Assembly: GCA_011364975.1 (NCBI GenBank)
Contig: RDOE01000028.1
Location: 1 to 38,995, forward strand
DNA length: 38,995 bases
Source: Promethearchaeota archaeon
Lineage (GTDB): Archaea > Asgardarchaeota > Lokiarchaeia > Sigyniarchaeales > SOKP01
Reading direction: 5' to 3'
Part shown: positions 10,008-19,077 of the stretch, in pieces
How the letters are laid out: the number at the start of each line of letters is the position of its first letter
Numbering within the stretch: the stretch's first letter is position 1
The notes under the pieces: generated by a model
Databases searched by the model: none
Told to the model about the DNA's origin: nothing
What the model saw: only the letters and a program-made list of their open reading frames with translations
Position numbers and translations under genes: made by a program

Positions 10008-11360
10008 TTATATTCGTAATTTTTCGATAAAAGGTCTTAAATTGCTTTTTACTTCATCTACATTCTCTCCAATTTTCTTAAAGGTAATAACAGTCGCAGG
10101 AAGGTCTAATTCTCTTTTAATTTTTAACATTAAATTGTTATAGATACTCGAAATCGATGGACACCCAAAAACTTGGTTAAATATTAATCCATCAATTTCT
10201 AAATTTTTAGCAGAAGTCAAATATGAATCGGTCATGTTCTGGTCATCGCACCCAATGCCTTTTTTTGACGCGTTTAAAAGAAACTTCGCATACTCCTCGA
10301 TTGGGTCAGAGTTTTGAGACACGGGAATTTCCTCTAAAAGTCCTAAAATGTCCCAATCCGCATAAATAGTCCGACCCCCTAATTCATAAATAATCTCATG
10401 AATTTCTGGTTCATAACCTGCATAAATGGGAGAAAATAGTAACCGTGGCATATTTGAAGTATCCATCCCTACTTTTTTATTAATCCGCTTCCTCATTTCT
10501 TTGACTATTTGGCTTATATTTTCTAGATATCTCTGAGGATTAGAATTATAATCTTGAAAGGTGATAGTTAATAAAGCTAATATTTCAGCAAATGTAGCGG
10601 GATTGCAAGGATAAAAATCTGATGCACTTATCTCATAAAGAATGGTTTTATAAAACCGCTTTACTTGATTTCCTATTCTGAATTGTTTTTGCAGACTATT
10701 ATCAGATATAAAGTTTCCTGTTAACGCTTCTAGTTTTTCAATTGCATTTTTAATATTATTTACCATTTGTTCAAGAGCTAAATCTTCATTATTGAGTTCT
10801 TTAGAAGGAATATCAACCCAAATTTGATTTGGGACTAATAATTTTAAGGATTCAGATAATTTATTCCACTCACCGCAACGCATGGCAAAATTAAGATTAG
10901 CATCTACATTTTTTCCTTTCGACTTATGCATTCCGTAAAGAGCTTTAACACCATAACATAGTTCTTCTGCTAAATCTTCTTGGACACCTAAATCATACAG
11001 TTCATTATATTTTTCATTTATTGATGAAACAACGTCCTCCAATATTTTATCTACAAGTTTAAAAACATCAAATTGACGAGCAAAATCTAATACTTTGGAA
11101 GTTAATCCCCATCCTAATACGCTAGTAGCAGAATTTAAGGCAGTAAGATATGTATTAATTTTAAAAGATTCCATTCTAATAGGAAATACTGGTATCGCAC
11201 CTACTGCAAACACTAGATCGGGAAATCCTAATGCAACTGAAACTAATTTTTTTCTTTCTCTTAATTTTTTCCTTCTTAAATAATCTCTTCCAGATAAAAA
11301 ATTAAAAGCCATTTTCAGTACTGGGGTAAAACTTATAATGTCATCGGCATATATGCTCGT
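10008..11360 (-). CDS. 2-hydroxyacyl-CoA dehydratase (HGD-D/HgdAB family) subunit; paralog of 15713-17071
   Basis: Colinear with the 452-aa paralog (SDFYPCNPATF, IIYELGGR, DGLIFNQVFGC). Homology extends 16 codons upstream of the ATG at 11312 to an ACG at 11360. Confidence 0.8.
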   Translation of the reverse strand, partial: TSIYADDIISFTPVLKMAFNFLSGRDYLRRKKLRERKKLVSVALGFPDLVFAVGAIPVFPIRMESFKINTYLTALNSATSVLGWGLTSKVLDFARQFDVFKLVDKILEDVVSSINEKYNELYDLGVQEDLAEELCYGVKALYGMHKSKGKNVDANLNFAMRCGEWNKLSESLKLLVPNQIWVDIPSKELNNEDLALEQMVNNIKNAIEKLEALTGNFISDNSLQKQFRIGNQVKRFYKTILYEISASDFYPCNPATFAEILALLTITFQDYNSNPQRYLENISQIVKEMRKRINKKVGMDTSNMPRLLFSPIYAGYEPEIHEIIYELGGRTIYADWDILGLLEEIPVSQNSDPIEEYAKFLLNASKKGIGCDDQNMTDSYLTSAKNLEIDGLIFNQVFGCPSISSIYNNLMLKIKRELDLPATVITFKKIGENVDEVKSNLRPFIEKLRI

Positions 11361-12012
11361 GATATTGTCATCTCCATCTAAATTAAAGTAAAGATCGTTA
11401 AATTGCTTAATATAATTAAGAATTAGTAATTATATTGTAATAAAATTTATGAGAATAGATAATATTAAGAAATTCTAACCAGAAAATTATTATATGATAA
11501 TTAGATTTTTGGAAAATAACCTTAAATAAATAAATTGTAATTAAAATTGTGGAGATAGAATAAGTAGTATTTTATATTTTTCTTAAATTCTAAAAAAGTA
11601 TTTGTAAATTAAATTTTGGAATAAAAAGTATGTAGATATAGAATTTTACTCCAAAATCCTTCTTTAAATGCAATTTTTCAGCAATAAATTATGAATTTTT
11701 AGTTTTACATAAAAATAAATAAAAGGATTCACTTGTTTAATTGTAGTAGAATTGATTATTGCTTTATACTTTTATACATAAAATTTTTGTTAGAAAATTA
11801 TCTAAAAGTATAATATTTTGGAATTTTAATCAATTTTTCATTTTATTAGTTGTTTCAAAAACACTATTCTATGATTATTGGATGTTTTAAAGAGGAATAT
11901 TCTCAATAGTTTAATTCTTCAAATGAGTTACAGAGTTTAAAGCTAGAAATTTTGTAAATATAAAGAAATTTTTGTAAAGAAAAACCAACAGAATTCAAAA
12001 AAAGATTCTAAA

Positions 12013-12210
12013 ATGACTAAAAGAAAAAAAAGTAAGAAAAGAATTTTCATTAAAACAAAATTAGAAATATTTTCAAATATAAAAGCTAGATCCAAGAATA
12101 AGAAAGTTAGAAATGAAATTTCTGAAGATTTAGAAAAAATAAATTTAACACCAGAAGATTTAATCTTAATTGAATATATTGATAAGAAAATATCGGAATC
12201 AAAAAAATAG
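12013..12210 (+). CDS. Small basic hypothetical protein
   Basis: 65-aa Lys-rich ORF upstream of co-oriented genes; no motif. Confidence 0.35.
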   Translation: MTKRKKSKKRIFIKTKLEIFSNIKARSKNKKVRNEISEDLEKINLTPEDLILIEYIDKKISESKK

Positions 12211-12255
12211 TTTAAAATCATTTATCTAAAGAAATATGTTATGATTTGAAATAAA

Positions 12256-12473
12256 ATGACTAAATATTATTGCTTAAAATGTGAAAAATACCATTATCGA
12301 GGAAAGATTTATAATAATCACTTACAATTTAAAAGAGAACAAAATTACAACTTAGACCGATAGCCAAACGGCAAATTCTACTACTAATAAGAAAGATGGA
12401 AAATTCAAAAATGCCTGAATTTTATAAAAAACAAATTACGAGGGTAATTGTTTATGAGAACAAAAACGATTGA
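12256..12473 (+). pseudogene. Small CxxC..H..H zinc-finger-like protein, apparently frameshifted
   Basis: MTKYYCLKCEKYHYRGKIYNNHLQFK ends at TAG 12361-12363. The -1 frame continues LRPIAKRQILLLIRKM...VIVYENKND to TGA 12473. Confidence 0.5.
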
Positions 12474-13716
12474 AAAAATATTGTCCTTAAAGGATATTAA
12501 TTCGATGATTAAGCAAATAATTAGCTCTCAGTTTACAATTTCGGATAAATCTCTGATTTGTAATGATTATTTATTAATTATCGGAATTAATGAAAAAAAT
12601 GCAATATTAATTATTAGAGCCTCTATTGATAAAGATTTCGAGAGAACCTATTTATCAGTTTTGGTGTTATCAATCAATTCATGCATCAAAAATTCAACTT
12701 TAAATACTATCTCAAATACTAATATTGAGCAGATGGTAAGTAAAATTATACAAGAATTAGAAAATAAAGGAGAAAATGCATACAATTATCCTTTTATTGG
12801 TTTATCTAACTTAGAACAACCATCTTCCTCAGAAATAATAAAATTATTAAAAATAGAGACAAAAATTATTAATTTAATTTTAAAAAATTTATCTCGAGTT
12901 TATGGATATTCTGACCATATTCCAAAATTTCCTTTTTCAATAACCTATGTAGATGGAAAAAGGGAATTTTGGGAAAATTTTTATTACTCCTATGTAGTAT
13001 TAATCGAAAAAAAATTAAAAAATTTGTACCAAAAGGAAATAGAAATTTATCAGAATTACGATTTTGCCTTAACTAATGACATTTTCCCTAGGATTATTGA
13101 TCTGGTTATAATTGAAAAATTCAAAGTAAAAATAGAATTGGAGGCGCAAAAAAAAAGGAATGAACTAGAAACTGAGCCTTCTGAGATGTACAATTATATC
13201 ATAACCTTTATATATTGCAATAGAAACTCCAAACCTTATGATTTGATGAATCTATTAAAGTTTATGAATGAAATTAAGAATTTTTCAACAAGTTTTAAGC
13301 AAAAAAATAAAAATGTTTGTAATGAAATTCGCTGTCAAATGATAATAGTATCAATACTTGGATTTGAATCTAAAGTTGAAGAATACTTAAGGACCCATTT
13401 ATTTAGGCAAACAGATTATATAATCCCAATTTTTGTTATCCCTCCTGTCAAAGATGAACTATGGCATAATTTCATAGATTATGAAAATACACGAACAGAA
13501 AAACCCGGAAAGAGAAAAGAGTTAGAGAAGATTATACAAATAAGTAAAAATCAAGATATCTCTGCTGCTTTTAGATTTAGTAGAGCAAAAACAGCACTTA
13601 ATGAATATGAAGAAATTGTTGAAAGAGAGAAAATGGCAAAACTAGATGAGGAATTTTTAAACAAATGGCATTTAATATTAAATGTCTCTGACTCAAAAGA
13701 ATTATTGAAAATTTAA
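12454..13716 (+). CDS. Hypothetical protein, possible degenerate PD-(D/E)XK-like C-terminal domain
   Basis: About 420-aa ORF; the pattern IIDLVII...FIYCN..KP...MIIVSILGF resembles the Mrr-like fold, but there is no ExK. Confidence 0.55.
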   Translation: MRTKTIEKILSLKDINSMIKQIISSQFTISDKSLICNDYLLIIGINEKNAILIIRASIDKDFERTYLSVLVLSINSCIKNSTLNTISNTNIEQMVSKIIQELENKGENAYNYPFIGLSNLEQPSSSEIIKLLKIETKIINLILKNLSRVYGYSDHIPKFPFSITYVDGKREFWENFYYSYVVLIEKKLKNLYQKEIEIYQNYDFALTNDIFPRIIDLVIIEKFKVKIELEAQKKRNELETEPSEMYNYIITFIYCNRNSKPYDLMNLLKFMNEIKNFSTSFKQKNKNVCNEIRCQMIIVSILGFESKVEEYLRTHLFRQTDYIIPIFVIPPVKDELWHNFIDYENTRTEKPGKRKELEKIIQISKNQDISAAFRFSRAKTALNEYEEIVEREKMAKLDEEFLNKWHLILNVSDSKELLKI

Positions 13717-13901
13717 ACCGAGATTATAGATAAATTATTATCTTAATTAGTTGTTTCATAATTGGTAATAATTTATAATCTATAGATAAATAAACGTGAT
13801 TAAACTCCTCTTAGTTAGAGAAATATGCAAAGAAATTCAAAATGCATTGAAAATTGTATTTTGATAAATTATTTAATTAAAAAAGAGTTGATACAAAAAA
13901 A

Positions 13902-15092
13902 ATGAGTATTTATAATTATAAGTATTTAATTATTGGAGGGGGAATGACTGCTGATGCTGCGGTTCGCGGAATACGTGAACACGATCCCAATGGAACAATT
14001 GGTTTGATTAGTAGTGAAGAATATGCTCCCTATGCACGCCCTCCCTTATCTAAATCTCTTTGGAAGGGGGAAGAAACAGTTGAGGATATCGATTTAAACA
14101 CTGCTGAAGTAGAACTCGAAATGCATTTAGGTCAAGTGGTGAAAAAAATTGATCTTGCTAAAAAAATAGTATATGATGAAAAAGGAAATAAGTACAATTA
14201 TGAAAAAGTGCTAATGGCAACAGGAGGTATCCCCAAAAGGCTTCCAAATATTGAAGAAGCAGGCATAATTTACTATAGAACTCTTTCCGATTATAAAAAA
14301 TTAAAAGATTTGGTAAATAAAAACAAAACCTTCGGAGTTATAGGGGGAGGATTTATAGGCTCGGAAATTGCGGCGGCAATAAAAATTTATAAACCAGATT
14401 CAAAAATAACCATGATTTTCCTTGAAACTGGAATTGGAGCTCTAATTTTTCCCAAAAAGTTAAGTAATTTCCTTAACAATTATTATCAAAAAAAGGGTAT
14501 TGAGATTGCCGCAGGTGAAATGGTAAAAAGTATCGTTAAACAAGAAAAAGGTTATGTGGTTGAGACTAAAAGTGGTAAAAAGTTTAAGTTTGATGTTATA
14601 ATAGCTGGTTTGGGAATAAATCCGAATACAGAATTAATAAAAGGAACAAATATTAAAATTGATAATGGGATTATAGTAAATAAATTCCTTCAAACAAATG
14701 ATATTGATGTTTTTGCTGCAGGTGATGTAGCAATTTATTATAATACTGCACTTAATAAGCTAATTCGTGTCGAACATGAAGATAACGCTATAAGCATGGG
14801 AGAAATTGCAGGTCAAAACATGGCGGGTGCAAATTTACCTTATGATCATATATCTTATTTTTACTCGGATTTGTTCGATCTTGGATATGAAGCAGTTGGT
14901 ATTTTAGATTCAAATTTAGAAATTGTGGAAGATTGGAAAGAACCATTCGAGGAAGGTGTCATATATTATCTAAAAGAGGGAAAAATTCAAGGAGTATTAC
15001 TATGGAACGTTTGGGAAAAAACTGATGAAGCTCGTGGACTAATCGCTAAAGCTGGACCATTCTCACCTAAAAATTTGAAGGATCGAATTTAA
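13902..15092 (+). CDS. NAD(P)/FAD-dependent oxidoreductase, AIF/ferredoxin-reductase-like
   Basis: IIGGG, PYARPPLSK, ATGG, GGGFIGSE, FAAGD, RVEHEDNA, FYSDLFDLGYEAVG. Confidence 0.9.
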   Translation: MSIYNYKYLIIGGGMTADAAVRGIREHDPNGTIGLISSEEYAPYARPPLSKSLWKGEETVEDIDLNTAEVELEMHLGQVVKKIDLAKKIVYDEKGNKYNYEKVLMATGGIPKRLPNIEEAGIIYYRTLSDYKKLKDLVNKNKTFGVIGGGFIGSEIAAAIKIYKPDSKITMIFLETGIGALIFPKKLSNFLNNYYQKKGIEIAAGEMVKSIVKQEKGYVVETKSGKKFKFDVIIAGLGINPNTELIKGTNIKIDNGIIVNKFLQTNDIDVFAAGDVAIYYNTALNKLIRVEHEDNAISMGEIAGQNMAGANLPYDHISYFYSDLFDLGYEAVGILDSNLEIVEDWKEPFEEGVIYYLKEGKIQGVLLWNVWEKTDEARGLIAKAGPFSPKNLKDRI

Positions 15093-15233
15093 TTCTTCAT
15101 CACTCTAGAAGTTATTATTGATTTTTTTTTATTTAAGATTAAAAGTTACTACACTTAATTCCATTATTTCAAAAGATGCAAAATTTTTAAGGGCACATTC
15201 AATAAGCATTAAGATTTAAATATAAAGTGAAGA

Positions 15234-15710
15234 TTGATTTATTTTGTGACCGCTAAAAATATTGAGTGGAAAAGCAGTTTAATAAAGAGCTTAATATATA
15301 GAGCTATAACGGTTGTGCTTGGAACATTTACGGCTTATATTTTAACAGGTAGTATTGCGATTGCTACAGGTACAGCACTTTTAACGGAATTGGTACAAGG
15401 TATCAATTATTTTATTTATGAGTTAATTTGGAGCAATATTGCAAGAAGAAAGCTTGAAAAGCGTATAATTGAAAAGATAAAAAGAAAAGAAATTAAATTG
15501 AACATAAATTATAGCTCCATTAAAGAATTGGTGTATGTGTTTTCTCAAATTGATACTTTTGATCCTAAATTATATTTGTCTACGCTAAACATTTTTACCA
15601 GTATGTTAGAAAATGAGGAATTAGAGGAGCTTAGAGAAGATATTCAAAAATATAAAGATCATTTTGTAAGAGTCCATTCAAAAAGGAAATTGTTTTTTCC
15701 CGAAAATTAA
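15234..15710 (+). CDS. DUF2061-like small membrane protein with C-terminal helical extension
   Basis: SLIKSLIYR followed by two hydrophobic helices and YFIYELIW. The true start may be GTG at 15246. Confidence 0.65.
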   Translation: MIYFVTAKNIEWKSSLIKSLIYRAITVVLGTFTAYILTGSIAIATGTALLTELVQGINYFIYELIWSNIARRKLEKRIIEKIKRKEIKLNINYSSIKELVYVFSQIDTFDPKLYLSTLNIFTSMLENEELEELREDIQKYKDHFVRVHSKRKLFFPEN

Positions 15711-15712
15711 CC

Positions 15713-17071
15713 TTAAGTTAGCATCTCCATAAATGCACCCAAACGAGTTTTTACCTGTTCTAAATTCTCACCTATTCTATTGAAGGTTAACGCAATCGCA
15801 GGAATCTCTAAATCTTTACGAGTTTTTTCTTTTAACAATGTGAAACAGTTTGAAATAGAATGACATCCGAAAAGTTGGTTAAACACTACGCCATCTACTT
15901 TTGTTTTTTCTGCAACCCGGATATATGAATTCGTTAAAGTATTATTATCACATCCAACTCCATTTTCAGTGATATTAAGTAAAAACTTAGCATATGCTTC
16001 TATTGGATTGGTAGTATTAGAAATTGGAACCTCATCTAGAAATCTTAAGACATCCCAGTCCGCATATAATGCTCTACCTCCTAATTCATAGATGATTTCA
16101 TGAGTTTGGGGTTCCCAACCTCCAAACATTGGTGTGACCAATACTTTTGGCATTTCTGAAACATCCATACCTATGCCTTTACGAATCCGTTCTCTCATTT
16201 CATTTACCATCTGGTGAATATTTTCAGCATAGCGTTTGGCGTTAGAATTATAATCTTGGAAACTAATACTTAGCAAGGCGAGTACTTCACTAAAAGTCGC
16301 GGGGTTACAAGGGTAAAAATCAGAAGTACCTATATCATATAAAATTGTTTTATAATCCTGTTTAATCTGATTAGCTACTTTAAAATGATCACGCATAATA
16401 TTTTGATTATATGAATTTCCGCTCAATGTTTCAAGCTGGTGAATCACATCTGATAAATTTTCAATCAATAATTCTAAAGCATTACCGATATTTCTTGGAG
16501 GAATATCTAACCAAATCTGTTTTACATTACCATCTATTGCTTTTAATGATTCCAAATATTTGTTCCAAGCGCTACATCTAATAGAATAATTCATGTTAGC
16601 ACTTACATTCTTGGATTTTGTAACATACATCCCCACTAAAGTTTTAAGCGCAAAACAAAAATCGCTTGAAATTCCACGCTCTACACCAATATCAAACATT
16701 TCATTATACTTTTCATTCAAAGTTTCAATAACGTCGTCAATTATTTGATCTATTACTTTATTAACTTCATTAATACCCATATTCTTTACATAACCTAAGA
16801 ATTTTGAAACATTATCCCACCCGAATAAGGAAGCACTCGATCCTAATAAGGAAAGGTATTTGCTTATTTTAAAGACATGCATTCTTATGGGAAAGACTGG
16901 AACTAAATTAGGAAAGCCATAGATTAAATCTGAAAACGGTAAAGCTACGGAGATTAAATGTTTTTTTTCTCTGAGCTTCAATCTTTTTAATTCTTCTCTT
17001 CCGGCAATAAGATTGTAAGACATTTTTAAAACAGAAGAAAATCGTATAATTTCATCAGCGTATAAACTCAT
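15713..17071 (-). CDS. 2-hydroxyacyl-CoA dehydratase (HGD-D/HgdAB family) subunit
   Basis: Cys motifs (DFCFALK, RCSAW, DGVVFNQLFGC) and C-terminal QVKTRLGAFMEML; TAATG overlap with the upstream gene; in an operon with the activator. Confidence 0.85.
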   Translation of the reverse strand: MSLYADEIIRFSSVLKMSYNLIAGREELKRLKLREKKHLISVALPFSDLIYGFPNLVPVFPIRMHVFKISKYLSLLGSSASLFGWDNVSKFLGYVKNMGINEVNKVIDQIIDDVIETLNEKYNEMFDIGVERGISSDFCFALKTLVGMYVTKSKNVSANMNYSIRCSAWNKYLESLKAIDGNVKQIWLDIPPRNIGNALELLIENLSDVIHQLETLSGNSYNQNIMRDHFKVANQIKQDYKTILYDIGTSDFYPCNPATFSEVLALLSISFQDYNSNAKRYAENIHQMVNEMRERIRKGIGMDVSEMPKVLVTPMFGGWEPQTHEIIYELGGRALYADWDVLRFLDEVPISNTTNPIEAYAKFLLNITENGVGCDNNTLTNSYIRVAEKTKVDGVVFNQLFGCHSISNCFTLLKEKTRKDLEIPAIALTFNRIGENLEQVKTRLGAFMEMLT

Positions 17072-18079
17072 TATGCAATCATCTCCAAAAATGCTTCAAT
17101 TCTGGTTGATATTTGACCTCTGTTAGCTCTTGAGTAATCTCTTTCCAGATTTAATACTTGTATTCCATACTTTTGTAAGTTCTCTTTGAAATAAGTTGAA
17201 AGCATGGAAAAATGATCGCAAAATTTTATGATATGATTGATTACACCAAATGATTTACCCTTGCCTTCTTTATACTTTTTATTTAATGCTACTATTTGTG
17301 AAATTTTATTATCGAGAAAATGGGGAACAGAGTGGTCACTTAAAATATTTTGTCTAAACCTTTCAACAAAAAATTCATATGGGTCTTTTAGGCTATTATA
17401 TGATTCAAATTTGCGACACGTGCTATTGCAGAAATATTTAGTTCTTCTTTTTCTGCTAATGTTTTTAAAATAATTATTCTTCCTTTTGAGGATAAAATTT
17501 CCTCAATAGAATGTTTAACTTTTTTGAGCCTAAAATTTTAAGCTCGTTCAATTCCTGCAATTTTATTTTAAAATTATTGTATTTTCGAATACTTTCCATC
17601 AAAGTGTTGGCATTAATTTCGGTACTAGTAATTTTCTCAAGTTGTTTCTTAAAATCCATTAATTCTAATCGAAAATACTTTAAGCTATTTTCATTCTTAG
17701 TGTAGGGTATATAAAAATTAATCCTAGCTACATTACAATATTTCGATATAATCTCTGAGCCACATATATCTGAGACACAATGATTAGATACGATAACGTA
17801 ATCTACCAGCTCTAAAAATCGAAAGTCACTTGGTTTTGTAGAGAATAACCCAATACAAGATTGAGTAAAAGCACAGGTTGAAGGTGGAAGAAAGTCATGA
17901 CTAGCATCCATTAACTCATCATTACCTGCAAACATCATTCTTATAGGGTAAAAACCCGATGCATCTAATATCTCTTCCGGAATGTTATCATGAGCGATAA
18001 AACTGGCAATTTTAACTCTACTTTCTTTTTTTTGCCTCAAAAACTCAAAGAAATCTGATAAGAAATCACGATCAAACAT
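17071..18079 (-). pseudogene. 2-hydroxyacyl-CoA dehydratase subunit, interrupted by a foreign HTH-like segment
   Basis: N part: IPEEILDASGFYPIR, STCAFTQS, SNHC. C part in another frame: IIKFCD...LERDYSRANRGQISTRIEAFLEMIA, stop at 17071-17073. The central region appears missing and 17400-17513 encodes unrelated sequence. Confidence 0.75.
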
Positions 18080-18189
18080 AGAAAAACTTTAGCTTTTTCA
18101 AAGGTTTTAATTGTAAAAAATGAATTGTTTATAAAATTTTACCGATTAAAAATATAAATAAGGATATTATAAAAGAGACTCTATTAAAT

Positions 18190-19014
18190 TTAATTTGAGT
18201 TATGCTCTTGAGCAATTAGGGCAGCGCCAATAGCTCCAGTTAACTGTGGCAGCTCGGGGATAACAATTTCAAATCCAAATTCTTCTTCTAAATACTTTTT
18301 TACAGCGGGATTTTTAGCAACTCCTCCACAAAATACTAATAGAGGTTCCACTCCAATTCGTTTTGCCATGCCAGCAACCCTTCTTGCGATGGATTTATGA
18401 ATTCCGCTTGCAATATCCTCTTTAGAAGCTCCTCTTGCAAATAAGCTAATAACTTCACTTTCAGCGAATACTGTACAAGTAGAGCTTATTGATTCTGGTT
18501 TTTTTGATTTTAAGGCAAGGTTGCCAAATTCGTCAATGGGAACTTCTAATGCATGCGCCATTACTTCGAGAAACCTACCCGTTCCAGCAGCACATTTTGA
18601 CTATGCAAAAATCAAATTTTGCAATTTATCATTCATTTGGAAATCAATTACGCTACCGGTCTTCGGAGAGATAACTATTGCCTTACTATCTTGTCCTCCG
18701 ATATCTACAACAGAGTGTGTTTCTGGGAAAAAATATTGAACTCCTCTTGCATGAGCTGTAATTTCTGTAACCCTATCATTGGCTATATCTATAGTATTTC
18801 GACCATACCCTGTACTCATAACAAACACATCCGACGCTTTCAATTCATGGCTTCTTAGTAATTCTTCAAACAAATTGTGACCCACTCTTTTAAAGTCATA
18901 TGTAGAACGCTCTGTGCGGTGATCAATTAATTTTCCGTCATTTATTAGAACAATTTTTGTAGCTAATGAACCAATATCAATTCCTATAAAATGTTTCAAG
19001 TTTGTTACCACCAA
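18190..19014 (-). CDS. hgdC: Acyl-CoA dehydratase activator (HgdC/BadF-BadG-BcrA-BcrD ATPase), split by a candidate 30-nt intron
   Basis: [32 protein letters not shown]|[37 protein letters not shown]. Both ORF-track pieces are in the same frame. Spliced length is 264 aa from 19014; the start may be TTG at 18999 after GGTGG. Confidence 0.9.
18596..18625 (-). other. Candidate bulge-helix-bulge (EndA-type) mRNA intron, 30 nt
   Basis: mRNA reads UGAU AA/A U UGCAAAA UUUGAU UUUUGCA U A GUCA AA/A UGU: 4-bp central helix UGAU:GUCA, two AAA bulges, 7-bp intron stem, in-frame UAG. Excision yields AAU GAU AAA UGU GCU (NDKCA). Confidence 0.75.
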
Positions 19015-19077
19015 AATTAATTTTAGTTAGGAAATCTTTTTGTAAATTTTAATTTTTTGATAATTAGAAAACATAAA

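Noticed and set aside
17470-17520. Hairpin TTGAGGA/TCCTCAA as a second BHB intron
   Set aside because: The best fold needs a 4-nt bulge, excision does not reach the C-terminal frame, and dehydratase sequence would still be missing.
18601-18603. In-frame TAG in the activator read as pyrrolysine or readthrough
   Set aside because: Readthrough would leave 10 extra residues inside the DKCAAG cluster-binding motif, no pyl genes are visible in the window, and BHB excision explains the insert exactly. Disfavoured rather than strictly excluded.
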